64,000 nt of DNA from an uncultured Thermoproteaceae archaeon (GTDB lineage: Archaea; Thermoproteota; Thermoprotei; Thermoproteales; Thermocladiaceae), in assembly GCA_964575955.1 (NCBI GenBank), contig CAZNTG010000007.1, positions 65,277 through 129,276 on the forward strand, written 5' to 3'. This document shows positions 9,624 through 20,860 of the stretch, piece after piece. The position numbers were made by a program, and so were the translations under genes. Position 1 is the first letter of the stretch. Every line of letters begins with the position of its first letter. The notes under the pieces were generated by a model. The model was not told where the DNA came from and did not search any database. It saw only the letters and a list, made by a program, of their open reading frames with translations.

Positions 9624-10919
9624 TTAATGTATTTCAAGTCTTACACCCAATTTTCTTAATATATTCCAATACTCAGGCCATGACTTATTTACACACTCAG
9701 CATTTCTCAATACTGTGACACCATCAACTCTACATGCAATAACACTACACATCATTGCAATTCTATGATCATCTGGTAGATCTATATTTGCAGCCTTATA
9801 ATCTCTTCCTGGAACTATCTCTATATATCCTCTCTCCTCATCAATATTTGTCTTAATATTAAATTCCCTGAGTGTTCTACTAATCTCTCTAAGTCTATTG
9901 CTCTCCTTATGTATTAAATGTTTAACATTTCTTATAATAGATTTACCATTTGAAAATGAGGCTACAGCTACTATAGGCATTACAAGATCAGGATTGTCAT
10001 GAAGATCTAGATCACATGGTTCAATATTGTCTGAATATGATACATATACTAGATCTCCAATCTTTTTAACATTTATATTCATATCTTTAAAGTATTGTAA
10101 AATTTCTATATCTACACTATTTAGATAATCATTAAAACCTCTAATAACTACCTCTTCACCACATACTGCAGCGATAGACATTATGAATGCACTTAATGCA
10201 TAATCTCCAGGAACTTCTAGATTAAATGTATCAATATCTGAAGGATATGAAAATATTGTATATCCCTCTTCTTCATCACCTTCAATATCAACATCAGCTC
10301 CAAGATTTTTCAATAATTTAACTGTAAGTAACATGTATGGTTTTGATACTATTGGCGGTTTTACATTAATTTCAATACCATCTTCACTTCTAATACCTGC
10401 ATATATTAGTGAACTTATGTATTGACTAGATATATCACCTCTAATACTAACTTTACCACCTTTCAATGGTCCTCTAACTCTAACAGGTGGATATCCTGGT
10501 TCTTCAATATATTGTATCTGTGCACCAAGCTTCTTCAATGCTTCTACTAGGTCAGATATGGGTCTTCTTCTCATACTTCTTCCACATTCAAGAACTACTG
10601 CTTCTCTAAATGTTGATGCTAGACCTATAGCAATTCTATATGTTGTTCCACTATCACCTAGATCTATAATATTCTTCTTTAATTCTAATTCTTCAGGTAT
10701 TTTGAATATATATACACCATTATCTTCATAATATTCTACATTTGTAGATTTTACAAAATTTAGACTAGATAAAACGTCTCCACATTTTGGAATTCTTCTT
10801 AAAGTTATAGTTCCTGGTTTTGAGAGTAATGTTGCTAATATCAATCTCTGTGCAACACTTTTTGATGGTGGTGCATCTACTATGCCTCTAATACTTGACT
10901 TCTCTATCGTAACTATCAT
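9624..10919 (-). CDS. aroA: 3-phosphoshikimate 1-carboxyvinyltransferase
   Basis: APPSKS, GDSGTTYR, ISSQYISSL, KESNRL, DDHRIAM, KSWPEYW. Confidence 0.95.
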   Translation of the reverse strand: MIVTIEKSSIRGIVDAPPSKSVAQRLILATLLSKPGTITLRRIPKCGDVLSSLNFVKSTNVEYYEDNGVYIFKIPEELELKKNIIDLGDSGTTYRIAIGLASTFREAVVLECGRSMRRRPISDLVEALKKLGAQIQYIEEPGYPPVRVRGPLKGGKVSIRGDISSQYISSLIYAGIRSEDGIEINVKPPIVSKPYMLLTVKLLKNLGADVDIEGDEEEGYTIFSYPSDIDTFNLEVPGDYALSAFIMSIAAVCGEEVVIRGFNDYLNSVDIEILQYFKDMNINVKKIGDLVYVSYSDNIEPCDLDLHDNPDLVMPIVAVASFSNGKSIIRNVKHLIHKESNRLREISRTLREFNIKTNIDEERGYIEIVPGRDYKAANIDLPDDHRIAMMCSVIACRVDGVTVLRNAECVNKSWPEYWNILRKLGVRLEIH

Positions 10920-11010
10920 GCTATAACTATGATATGTTCAATAGCTTATAAATAATGTATCTATTTTTCAAGAGAGAACATTTATAGACTTGTAAGAGAG
11001 TAATACCTGT

Positions 11011-11457
11011 ATGACATCAGAAGAACGTAGAATAATTACAATAAGAGGTATTAGCATGCCTATATATGAGAGAGCTCTCAGACTTGCAAGAGAGCTTGGA
11101 ATAACTATTGGAGAATTAATAAATGAAGCATTAAAAAGATACATAACTACACTAGAAGCAATTCATAAAGCAATAGAATCACATTTAGAAACTCTTGCAA
11201 AGACTGGAGATGTTGTAATTGTTAGTAATATAGACTATCTAAATGTTAGACGTAAAGATCTTGAAGCAGTACCTCGTAAAATAGTTTTTAAAGATATTAA
11301 AGAGTTAGAATTTTCAGATGATATAACTGAAGACATATTTAATGAGAAAGTTTATGAGATTGTTCGTGTAGACAAGGTCATAGTACCAAAAACATTATCA
11401 ACACTATTAGTAGCATCTAAATGTAAGTTAGTACATAAGATAACACATAAAGAGTGA
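11011..11457 (+). CDS. Hypothetical protein with ribbon-helix-helix-like N-terminus
   Basis: IITIRGISMPIYERALRLARELGITIGELINEALKRY resembles RHH. Confidence 0.6.
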   Translation: MTSEERRIITIRGISMPIYERALRLARELGITIGELINEALKRYITTLEAIHKAIESHLETLAKTGDVVIVSNIDYLNVRRKDLEAVPRKIVFKDIKELEFSDDITEDIFNEKVYEIVRVDKVIVPKTLSTLLVASKCKLVHKITHKE

Positions 11458-11473
11458 AAGATATTTAAAATAT

Positions 11474-12211
11474 TTGATGTATAGAAAACCAATACATATA
11501 AAAGCAAGTCCTGAAAAAGTTTCTGAAAAAATAATCGTCGTAGGAGATCCAGATAGGACAAAGTTCATAACAACATTCTTAAACGATGTTGAAGAAGTTA
11601 ATACACATAGAGGATTTCTACTATACACAGGTAAGTATAATGGAGAGAGAATAAGTGTTGCATGTCATGGTGTAGGTGCACCTTCAGCTGCTATAGTTTT
11701 TGAAGAATTAATAATGCTTGGTGCTAAGATTATGATTAGACTTGGAACAACAGGATCATTAATACCTGATTTAAGAAGAGGAGATGTTGTAGTTGTTTCA
11801 GGAGCAGGATATTTCACTACAAGTCCTATACTTCAATTAACTGAGAATGTCATTGTACCAGCAGTTCCTGATATAGAAATAGCTCTAGAATTGTACAAAT
11901 TTATTAAGCAGAGATTAAGTAATAGAAAGGTTATTCTAGGAAATGTAATTAGTAATGACATGTTCTACGTTGAAAATCCTGAACTTGCAAAAAGATTATC
12001 TAAACTCGGATTTGTAAGTATTGAGATGGAATGTGCAACATTATTCACAATATCGAAAATTAGAGGCATAAAGTCTGGAGCTATACTGTTGGTATCTAAT
12101 AGTCTTGTAAATCCTGAAGAGTATGAAATACCACATTCTTCAGAAATTAATAAATACTACTCTGAAATTGTTCCAATAGTCTTAGAGTACTTATCTAAGG
12201 TTACTTTGTAG
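11474..12211 (+). CDS. Purine nucleoside phosphorylase (DeoD/UDP family)
   Basis: VGDPDR, HGVGAPS, IRLGTTG, IEMECATLF. Confidence 0.92.
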   Translation: MMYRKPIHIKASPEKVSEKIIVVGDPDRTKFITTFLNDVEEVNTHRGFLLYTGKYNGERISVACHGVGAPSAAIVFEELIMLGAKIMIRLGTTGSLIPDLRRGDVVVVSGAGYFTTSPILQLTENVIVPAVPDIEIALELYKFIKQRLSNRKVILGNVISNDMFYVENPELAKRLSKLGFVSIEMECATLFTISKIRGIKSGAILLVSNSLVNPEEYEIPHSSEINKYYSEIVPIVLEYLSKVTL

Positions 12212-13586
12212 ATTTTGATTCTTTCCTCTTTAAGTACTCTATACCTATCCTAATGACTTTATATACAACATCTATAGGATCTTTACCAAAAACTCTAATC
12301 TGTGGCTCCTTACCCCATGCACCTTTATCATAAATTATGTCAGGTGGTTCTTTAAGACCTTTTATAGCCTTCTCAATTCCCCAAGGTATTGAAAGTCCTT
12401 CAACCTTCCTAACTTCTTCAGGTTCTTCAGATCTATCGAAAAAGGCTATTTTCATTCCTAAACTTCTAGCAATATCTATAAGTTCTTCACTATACTTTAT
12501 ATTCATACATGCTCTATATTCTGGAAAATACTTCATAAATGTTAAGACAGCCCTACCCACATGCCATGTAGCTCCAAATTTAGGTTCTGAGAAGCAAGTA
12601 ATCTTACCATCAACAACAGTTATTCTTCCAGGTATTCCTGCAACATCTTCAATACCCTTAACATACTCTATAGGTAGTGCATATGCTATGTTTGATCTAA
12701 CTTCAGGTATTAAATCAACAACATATTCACTACTTTGCTTAAGTATCTCTATAGCTTGTCTCAACTTATCTAATACATTAAATCTCTCTAATTGAACTTC
12801 TACGAATGAATATACATTAGATAGATTTCTACTATATCCAAGATCTATACTAAACTCTATACAATACTCAACAATCTTCTTAGCTTCTTTAACAGCTGTT
12901 GAAATATCATATCCATGTGCTAGATATGCTGCTATAGCTGATGAAAGTACACAACCTGTACCATGCACATCCTTAACTCTTAATCTTTTAGTTGTAAGTG
13001 TGATAAATGTACCCTTATCGTAGAGTATATCTATAACATTTTCACTTTCCCTCATAAGATGTCCGCCTTTGATCAACACGTGTTCAATACCGTACTTCTT
13101 AGCTATTATCTCTGCCGCAGATTTCATATCATCTACAGTCTTTATCTCCATTCCTGCAAGTATCTCAGCTTCATGAATATTTGGAGTTATTATTGTACTT
13201 CTAGGTATAATCTTGTCTTCAATTATCTTCAAAGTTTTCGGATCTGTGAGCAGTGTACCATCACCAGCTCTAATCACTGGATCTAGAACTATTGGACAGT
13301 CAATACCTGATAATCTATCAGCTACTATATTTGCAATTTCTGAATCACCTAAAACACCTATCTTAACTACATCAATTTGAAATGTTGATAACATTCTATC
13401 CAGAACCTCTCTAACATAGTTAGATTCTAACCTCTTCACAAGAATAACCTTATCAGGAGATTGTACAGTTAGTACCGTAATAACACTGACAGGATATACT
13501 CTAAGAATTCTAAATGTTAGACAATCAAGAATAACACCAGCACTTCCAGTTGGATCATACCCCGCTATTACAAGTCCAAATTTCAT
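12201..13586 (-). CDS. thiDN: Bifunctional HMP kinase / thiamine-phosphate synthase ThiDN
   Basis: IAGYDPTGSAG, TPNIHEA, HGTGC; C-terminal ThiN IPEVRSN, DKGAWGKEP. Confidence 0.92.
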   Translation of the reverse strand: MKFGLVIAGYDPTGSAGVILDCLTFRILRVYPVSVITVLTVQSPDKVILVKRLESNYVREVLDRMLSTFQIDVVKIGVLGDSEIANIVADRLSGIDCPIVLDPVIRAGDGTLLTDPKTLKIIEDKIIPRSTIITPNIHEAEILAGMEIKTVDDMKSAAEIIAKKYGIEHVLIKGGHLMRESENVIDILYDKGTFITLTTKRLRVKDVHGTGCVLSSAIAAYLAHGYDISTAVKEAKKIVEYCIEFSIDLGYSRNLSNVYSFVEVQLERFNVLDKLRQAIEILKQSSEYVVDLIPEVRSNIAYALPIEYVKGIEDVAGIPGRITVVDGKITCFSEPKFGATWHVGRAVLTFMKYFPEYRACMNIKYSEELIDIARSLGMKIAFFDRSEEPEEVRKVEGLSIPWGIEKAIKGLKEPPDIIYDKGAWGKEPQIRVFGKDPIDVVYKVIRIGIEYLKRKESKSTK

Positions 13587-13619
13587 ATGTATAATCGTAG
13601 AGTATAGATTATCGATATG

Positions 13620-16040
13620 TTAAGTATTTCTGAACGTAGATTCACCCTTCTCATTTACAAATTCTACTCTGATAACATTATCAGCAACAGTCTCAAATGC
13701 ATCTACATGACTAGTAATGATTATCATACCTACATCACCACTAATATCTTTCAACCATTGTGCAATCCTTCTACGATGTTCATCATCTAGATGCTCTGTA
13801 GGTTCATCAAGAATTATGAATGGTATATTTCCAAGAACAACCTTTGCAAGAGCATATCTGAATAGTAGTGCTATGAGATTTTTCTCACCAACAGATAGAG
13901 ATTCAACACTAAGCTCAACACCATCTCTCCTTTTAACAAAAATCTCATAATCTTCAGTAACTCTAATACCCACAAATGCAGATTTATGACAAACTTCTAG
14001 AAACATAGAATTCAACTCCATATTTAACATCTCTAAAAATATCTTCCTAATTACAGGTTTTATCTTATCGACAGTATCTGTGACCTTACTAATAAATCTA
14101 TGAGCTCTAATATACCTATCATACTCCTCTAAAAGAGAATTTTTCAACCTCTTCTTCTCTTCAAGCTCTCTCTTAAATCTTTCAATCTGATTCTCGATCA
14201 TCTGAATTCTACCCTTAACCTGATTCAAACTTTCAATAATACTTCTCTCCTCCTCAAGTATAGACTCTAACTCACTTCTAACACAATCATAATCCTTTAC
14301 AAGACTACTAAACTTCTCAATCTCTCTACTCAAACTTTCAATCTCACACTCAACATCCCTAATACGCTGTCTAACACTTTCAATCTCCTTAACAGCAGCA
14401 TAACAAGTTGAAAGTTTTTTCAAAATCTCATCTCTCATCTTTAATCTATTTTCAACATCTTCAATCTCTCTATCAATATTGAATAATTCAGACTCTAAAC
14501 TTCTCAATCTATTTTCAATACTATTCTTATTTTGAACTAAACTTCTCAATCTACTAATCTCAATCTCGATATCTCTAATACCATTTTCAATTTCTTTAAT
14601 CCTCCTCTCTAATTCACTCTTTCTACTAACCTTCTCTCTAATAGTATAGTACTTCTCTTGTATCTCTTTCTCCTTAGAAACATACCCTTCAAACTTTTCA
14701 ATTCTACTTCTAAGATCTTTAAGTCTATTTTCAATATCCTTAATTTCTCTCTCCTTCTCTTCTATAAGTCTAGATCTAGTAGCATTATCAAGCTCTCTTC
14801 TACATAATGGACATACACCTGAACTTTGTCTTAATAATCTAAGTTCCTCATTCAATCTCTCTAACCTAGTTTTAAGAGAGATCTCCTCCTGTTTCAATTT
14901 ATCTAACTTATCCTTAAATTTCTCAATCTTCTTCATCTTAACTTCTAAAACTTTCAACTTATCCTCAAGTTTCGAAATCTCTTCTAACTCAGATCTCAGT
15001 TTCTCAAGTTCTTTCTGTTGATTTTCAAATATTTGTTGAAGTTTATTATACAGTTTTTCACTATCTTTAACTCTAGAAATTTCATACTCTAAGACACTCT
15101 TCTCTTTAAGCAACTCCTCTCTTCTAAGTCTCAATTTATTAAGTTTTTCAGTTAGCTTATCTAAATTTTTTAATTCATTTTCAAGTTTCTCTATATCACT
15201 TATAGTTTTAGATAACTCTAACTCTCTAACCTTCAATTCTTCCAAAATTCTCTTCTTTTCATTTAACTTCATCTCTAACTCTTTCAATCTTCCTAACTTA
15301 TCCTCATAGCTTCTCAATTTATCTTCTAACTCTTTCCTCCTCTGCTCAATATTTAAATACTTGTTTTCTAATTCTTTCAAGATTTTTATACTATCCTCAT
15401 ACTCCTTCTCGAGATTCTTTATATTATTTGATAATTTGTTAATTTCATCATTCAATATACTTAACTTACCTTCAATCCTCCTTATATGTAATTCTGCTAA
15501 TTTTCTAATCTCTCTTAAATAGTCTGTTCTCAATTTTTCAAGTGTTTCTATTCTCAAAACTTTGTCTAGTCTAGTCTCTGTCTTTCTACTACTTTCTAGA
15601 ATATCTCTTAATTCTCCCTGTCTAACATATAGAAGTTCTGTAAAGACACTTAATGGTATATTTAGAATCTTCTCAACATATTGAGTAACTTCTCTATCTC
15701 TAGATGCTATTCTTCTTCCTGATTCATCAAGTATGTACGTGTTTGCTTCAATACTCTTTTCAGGAGTTATAGCTCTCTGTATAGTATATATCTTACCATC
15801 TACTCCTCTGACTTTAACACGAATAATTCCAAATCTAGATTTAACACGAACAATATCTGAAAGTCTTAATTTACACCTTCTTAACCACTCTGAACCATAT
15901 AATGCAAATGCTAATGCATCTAATATCGAAGATTTACCAGCACCATTAGGACCGTATATGAAGTTTATACCATCTGTAAACTTTGCCTTACCTGACACTA
16001 TAGACTTTATATTTTCTATATGAATCTCTACAATAGACAT
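13620..16040 (-). CDS. rad50: DNA double-strand break repair ATPase Rad50
   Basis: GPNGAGKSS, YVRQGE, long coiled coil, CPLC zinc hook, LSVGE, ILDEPT. Confidence 0.95.
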   Translation of the reverse strand: MSIVEIHIENIKSIVSGKAKFTDGINFIYGPNGAGKSSILDALAFALYGSEWLRRCKLRLSDIVRVKSRFGIIRVKVRGVDGKIYTIQRAITPEKSIEANTYILDESGRRIASRDREVTQYVEKILNIPLSVFTELLYVRQGELRDILESSRKTETRLDKVLRIETLEKLRTDYLREIRKLAELHIRRIEGKLSILNDEINKLSNNIKNLEKEYEDSIKILKELENKYLNIEQRRKELEDKLRSYEDKLGRLKELEMKLNEKKRILEELKVRELELSKTISDIEKLENELKNLDKLTEKLNKLRLRREELLKEKSVLEYEISRVKDSEKLYNKLQQIFENQQKELEKLRSELEEISKLEDKLKVLEVKMKKIEKFKDKLDKLKQEEISLKTRLERLNEELRLLRQSSGVCPLCRRELDNATRSRLIEEKEREIKDIENRLKDLRSRIEKFEGYVSKEKEIQEKYYTIREKVSRKSELERRIKEIENGIRDIEIEISRLRSLVQNKNSIENRLRSLESELFNIDREIEDVENRLKMRDEILKKLSTCYAAVKEIESVRQRIRDVECEIESLSREIEKFSSLVKDYDCVRSELESILEEERSIIESLNQVKGRIQMIENQIERFKRELEEKKRLKNSLLEEYDRYIRAHRFISKVTDTVDKIKPVIRKIFLEMLNMELNSMFLEVCHKSAFVGIRVTEDYEIFVKRRDGVELSVESLSVGEKNLIALLFRYALAKVVLGNIPFIILDEPTEHLDDEHRRRIAQWLKDISGDVGMIIITSHVDAFETVADNVIRVEFVNEKGESTFRNT

Positions 16041-16042
16041 AT

Positions 16043-17323
16043 TTAGAATAGTAGTGATCTAATATCACCTTCCTGTTTTAGTTGTATATTTAGAACTTTT
16101 TCAAAAATCTTAACAACGCTATACTTATCACCTCTCTCAACACTATCTAATAATTCTAAAATTATATTTTCAATAATCTCAACATCAGGATCATTCTTAA
16201 GAACCTCTCTTATAGCTCTCTTAATTATTGTATCAATACCATAGTATGTACCTGTCCTAACACTAGAGCCAGATTTTGGAGAAGATACTTCTCTAGAAAT
16301 ATCAAGCTTAAAATCCACCTTCAAAACATTCTTAAACATTCTTCTAAATTGAGAACATTGTAAATCTCTTGAAGTATACCCTCTCTCAAGTTTTCCAGAA
16401 ACTTCAATCTGAACGTATGCATTTGGAATATCAAATTTCTCAATGATATCGATCATGTCACGTTTAAACTTCATTGGATCTATAGTGTCATATTTCAACT
16501 CTAGCTTTATCATTCTTCTAGATGGTTCTATCTTTATAGGTTTAACTTTAAATTTTCCTGTACTTTCATCAATATCTATTATTAAAAAGCCTTTATCAGA
16601 CATGTCTTTTATTTTAACAAACTTACCATTTTCATATGTATAAGTTTCAAATTCTTTAGAATCCCAAATCTCTAAACTTCCTGGATATAGAACAGGATAT
16701 TGTGGATGTCTTAAATTAAAATCATGGATATGACCGCACAGGAATATGCAATCACGACCATCCATTAGAGATTTCACAATTTTTGAACTTATAGTATAGT
16801 AATCTATGTTAGGCATGGGATATGTGTATGGTGTTCCCTCAATATATTGATGTAGAAGTATTATATTAATATCATTGCTCGATACAGTATTCATGAGATA
16901 TGCATATAACTTATTCTGATGTTCTGTATATATACATCCATGACCTATAAATAGTACTTTATCAAGTTTTATACAACCCCTCTCTAAGTATTTTATTAAA
17001 TTCATTGATGCTAATACATTTAGTGGGTTTTCAGTAGGATTTACTACCGAAGCTTCATGATTACCTCTAATAGCTATTATCGGTATTCCAACTTCTCTAA
17101 TTCTTCTTAGACAGTCTATAGCTTGTAGGTATGATATTGGGCTAGGTTTTGCATTATCAAATAAGTCTCCTGAAATTACAACAACATCAATATGCTTATC
17201 TTCATGAATTTCTAACAACTTGTCTACAGCCTTCTTGAAAGTTCTTGCATAATCTTCAGCACGTTGATCAAGACCATACTGTCTATGTCCTATATGTATA
17301 TCTGCTAAATGAGCTATTATCAT
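16043..17323 (-). CDS. mre11: DNA repair nuclease Mre11
   Basis: HLADIHIG, SGDLFD, GNHE, GHIH, YPGSLE; SD GGGTGAG upstream. Confidence 0.93.
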   Translation of the reverse strand: MIIAHLADIHIGHRQYGLDQRAEDYARTFKKAVDKLLEIHEDKHIDVVVISGDLFDNAKPSPISYLQAIDCLRRIREVGIPIIAIRGNHEASVVNPTENPLNVLASMNLIKYLERGCIKLDKVLFIGHGCIYTEHQNKLYAYLMNTVSSNDINIILLHQYIEGTPYTYPMPNIDYYTISSKIVKSLMDGRDCIFLCGHIHDFNLRHPQYPVLYPGSLEIWDSKEFETYTYENGKFVKIKDMSDKGFLIIDIDESTGKFKVKPIKIEPSRRMIKLELKYDTIDPMKFKRDMIDIIEKFDIPNAYVQIEVSGKLERGYTSRDLQCSQFRRMFKNVLKVDFKLDISREVSSPKSGSSVRTGTYYGIDTIIKRAIREVLKNDPDVEIIENIILELLDSVERGDKYSVVKIFEKVLNIQLKQEGDIRSLLF

Positions 17324-17352
17324 TATCTCACCCTATAGTACTACTAAATCAT

Positions 17353-19314
17353 TTAAGACCCTTCTAACCTCAGCTTACCATCAAGAAATGCCTTAGCAAG
17401 TAACATCATTACGTGAGTACATGGTGTAAGCATTATACCATTACACTTCGTACATGACCAAGATTTCTCACCAACTCTAACTTCAACATACGTACCCTTA
17501 ACACTTCCTGAAAGTACACCATCTTCAAAGTTGTACCTATCAACGCTGGAGTTTGCTAATATTAATGCTCTCTCTGCGTCGAGTCTAGAGATATTTACAT
17601 CCAATATCTCATTTACAATCTTTCTAAATAATTCACATTTATCATACTCTAAACCAGTACTACTCTTACTCCACTCTGCAATTATGTCAATATCACCACC
17701 ACCATAGTCAAGTATACGATCACGAAGTCTAACAATTACAGGCATTGGAACTATAGGTCCTGTAATTATTGCTTCACCAACATTTAACTGTGGTATTAAT
17801 TTTGAAATTTCTGAATCAACAACTTCACTAGCTTGAACAACAGCATCAATATCTCTAGGATTTATTAATCTCAAAATTATCTGACTATTACATTGACTAA
17901 GAACATCTGGATCTATACGTGATGGTCTTTGAGTAATAACTACAAGATAGACACCGAATTTTCTACCTTCACATGCTATCTTCGTAATTGTATCAGTACT
18001 CCACTTTTTCTCTCTACTACGTGGAGGTACAAATCTATGTGCCTCTTCAACAATAACAACAACAGGATAGGGATATTTTGGACCTCTTAAACCTCTAACA
18101 TATCTAATACGTGCACTCAATACTCTAGAAAGTACGTGATGTACAACATGATCTTGAACTTCGTCACTAACACCTGCTAAGTTTAGTATTGTTACATGTC
18201 TAGGTTTTAGTAATTTGAAGAGTGATGTAGAGTAGTAGGTATATATACCCAATCTCTCCAACTTTCTTAACCTTATAAGTACTGAAAATGCTACAGCTCT
18301 ATTACGTTTATCATCAGAAAACTGTTTAATATCATTAACAATATTCTCAATACGCTTCCTAATTTTTAAATTACTATTAAGTGTAGATAAATCAATCTTC
18401 GGCTTAATTATATGTACTAGAGAGTTTATTGATTTAAAATTACCACTATGAACAGCCTTTAATATCCTTCTAATATTCTTCAAAGTACATACACGCTTAT
18501 CTCCCGTAATCTCTCTCAGTAACTTGACAAGACTATGCGCAAGATGTAGAATATGTCTCATCTTTACAGCTGTTGGAGGTATCTTCATCAATGTTGCAAG
18601 TGTGTCAGAGTCTATTGATGCAATATTTATACGATACTTACTCTCACCAACCTGATATTTAGCAACTTTAAAGACGGATACGGAGTTTCTAAATTCAGGA
18701 CCTAACCTTTCAATCGATCTTTTAATAGGCACATACTCGCCATGAGGATCTATTACAAGTATTGTTGCACCTTTCCTCAAGAGCTCTTCAATGAGTAGTA
18801 TACTTGTCCAAGTCTTACCACTACCTGTTGCAGCTATGATTGCTAGATGTCTTCTTATACCATTAACATCTATGAATACTGGAATTGAAGGTCTGGTAAC
18901 TAGATATCCAATATGTAGACCTCTATACTCAGGAACTTCTATCAACTTTCTAACATCTAGATCATCAGCAAGATATACAGGACTACCAACAGGTGGTACT
19001 GATCTAGGTTTAAGTATTACATCACCTCTCCTAAATCCTAAAGTAATAACCTTACCTGACAATACCTCAATTAGACTATCCTGTGGTGTTGACTCTATTA
19101 TATCTGCAATATATGACTCAGGTGTTAGTCTATAAGGTTCTCTCTTTATATCCAATATCTGTCCAATAACTCTAATTTCAGAGACCTTACCATCAATCTT
19201 ATCAACAACATTAAAATAGACATAGTCGTATCTTGAAATATTCAACTTCTTCAATGCAACTGAAAGAATGCCACCACCTTCTGCAGATACTATGTAGCCT
19301 ATAGGCTCACTCAT
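17353..19314 (-). CDS. herA: HerA DNA helicase/translocase with C-terminal SWIM-like Zn finger
   Basis: RHLAIIAATGSGKT, IDPHGEY, EEAHRF, EGRKFG, TQRPS; operon context. Confidence 0.92.
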   Translation of the reverse strand: MSEPIGYIVSAEGGGILSVALKKLNISRYDYVYFNVVDKIDGKVSEIRVIGQILDIKREPYRLTPESYIADIIESTPQDSLIEVLSGKVITLGFRRGDVILKPRSVPPVGSPVYLADDLDVRKLIEVPEYRGLHIGYLVTRPSIPVFIDVNGIRRHLAIIAATGSGKTWTSILLIEELLRKGATILVIDPHGEYVPIKRSIERLGPEFRNSVSVFKVAKYQVGESKYRINIASIDSDTLATLMKIPPTAVKMRHILHLAHSLVKLLREITGDKRVCTLKNIRRILKAVHSGNFKSINSLVHIIKPKIDLSTLNSNLKIRKRIENIVNDIKQFSDDKRNRAVAFSVLIRLRKLERLGIYTYYSTSLFKLLKPRHVTILNLAGVSDEVQDHVVHHVLSRVLSARIRYVRGLRGPKYPYPVVVIVEEAHRFVPPRSREKKWSTDTITKIACEGRKFGVYLVVITQRPSRIDPDVLSQCNSQIILRLINPRDIDAVVQASEVVDSEISKLIPQLNVGEAIITGPIVPMPVIVRLRDRILDYGGGDIDIIAEWSKSSTGLEYDKCELFRKIVNEILDVNISRLDAERALILANSSVDRYNFEDGVLSGSVKGTYVEVRVGEKSWSCTKCNGIMLTPCTHVMMLLAKAFLDGKLRLEGS

Positions 19315-20723
19315 TAATGAACACCCATTATCAACGTATGTATTCTACGTCCTCTAACATTTTCAAGATTCTTAATAGTCATCATTACATATTCATTAAA
19401 TTCACTATCTCTAAATGTTACATAGTTATGTGCAAGCCATAGCATTCTATTATAATGATACGGATCCTTATATTCTGAAAATAGTACTTCCAAAATATTC
19501 CACATATTAAAACTATCATAAAATATTTTTGGAGGAATAGTATCATCAAATAACCTCCACTTATTTACTGGAATCTCGATCAGCATTGGTGAATCATCTT
19601 TCCTAAACTTAACATATGCAAGTAGTATTCTAGGTAGTATGTTTAGTTTATCTCTAATCTTCTCAGCAAATCTTCTATACATCTCAGCCTCATTATCATC
19701 ACACATTCTCAACATTATACTATCTTCAACTCTGTCAATTATCATTCTATATATTGAGTCTGGACTTGTCAACTTTTTATCATTCATATATGCATCTACA
19801 ATACCTATCAAGAGTTTTCTAGATATTGCACAAGATAGTCCACATCTATGTGCTAAGTATTCTAATATACATGTATCTGTTATAGATTGTGAAATAACTA
19901 TCTTAATACCATTTCTAATCAAGTCTCTATTTGAACCATTATACTCTCTTGCAAGCTCTACAAGTTTCTTTCTATATTTTCTAAGCCATACAATACTATA
20001 CCACTCTGACCCTCTAGTAAATATTTCATATATTTCTGTTGAGAATTTTAAACCAACATCTCTTTTGAATGCCTCTTTTAGTAGTGTAAACATTATGTGA
20101 TCTTTCAATATTTTTAGGCTAGAGTTTTTAGATACGAATATTGGTTGAATGCCATAGCTTGCACATTCTTCTAGCAGTGTACATAGTTTGTATAGGTTTT
20201 CCATAATTTCAGGAACGTAGTATAGATCTAGAAATCCTCTAGTTAATATTAGATTATGTACTGCTCCTATCAGTCTTGCATATAGACTTCCATCTATGAG
20301 TAGGTATTTCTCTCTATTCTCTGGAAGTTTTGAAAGTTGTTCAATTACACATTTCATACATGTTTCAAGTTCTGCAAGTCCTAGATATGCCCAATATGCT
20401 GCACTGCTCGGTACAGGGAGATAGTGTGCTCTTACTGTTCTTATTGGCTTATCTCCGAAGTTGTTTACTGCTATTGCTCTAGCAATTACAATTTCCGAAC
20501 CGTCTGTGAATGATATTGTTCTTATACCTCCATCTACAGCAGCGACATAGTAATCATCTCTCTTTGATAAACCTTTCAATTCCCTCCACATCTCGTCTGG
20601 TCTAACATTGTCCAATACCTTGAGTAGGTATGTTGATGAACTTCTACGATCAGCACCGTCAAGTCTCGGCTTTATATTTTCCTCAAACTCCTTAACATAT
20701 AGATCGAAAAATAGGTCAGGCAT
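19314..20723 (-). CDS. nurA: NurA nuclease
   Basis: AAVDGG, LLIDGSL, VSKNS, LWLAHNYV; first gene of nurA-herA-mre11-rad50. Confidence 0.88.
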   Translation of the reverse strand: MPDLFFDLYVKEFEENIKPRLDGADRRSSSTYLLKVLDNVRPDEMWRELKGLSKRDDYYVAAVDGGIRTISFTDGSEIVIARAIAVNNFGDKPIRTVRAHYLPVPSSAAYWAYLGLAELETCMKCVIEQLSKLPENREKYLLIDGSLYARLIGAVHNLILTRGFLDLYYVPEIMENLYKLCTLLEECASYGIQPIFVSKNSSLKILKDHIMFTLLKEAFKRDVGLKFSTEIYEIFTRGSEWYSIVWLRKYRKKLVELAREYNGSNRDLIRNGIKIVISQSITDTCILEYLAHRCGLSCAISRKLLIGIVDAYMNDKKLTSPDSIYRMIIDRVEDSIMLRMCDDNEAEMYRRFAEKIRDKLNILPRILLAYVKFRKDDSPMLIEIPVNKWRLFDDTIPPKIFYDSFNMWNILEVLFSEYKDPYHYNRMLWLAHNYVTFRDSEFNEYVMMTIKNLENVRGRRIHTLIMGVH

Positions 20724-20860
20724 CTCGCAATTTTCAACATGCTTTTGTGATTTATTGACCTATCGTGTACCTGCACTTACTTAGTGTGAGATAAAAGTTT
20801 CGGAAAGTATATCTAGCTAGGACTTAACTAGATATTAATCCCCTAAACGTAGAGTAATCC

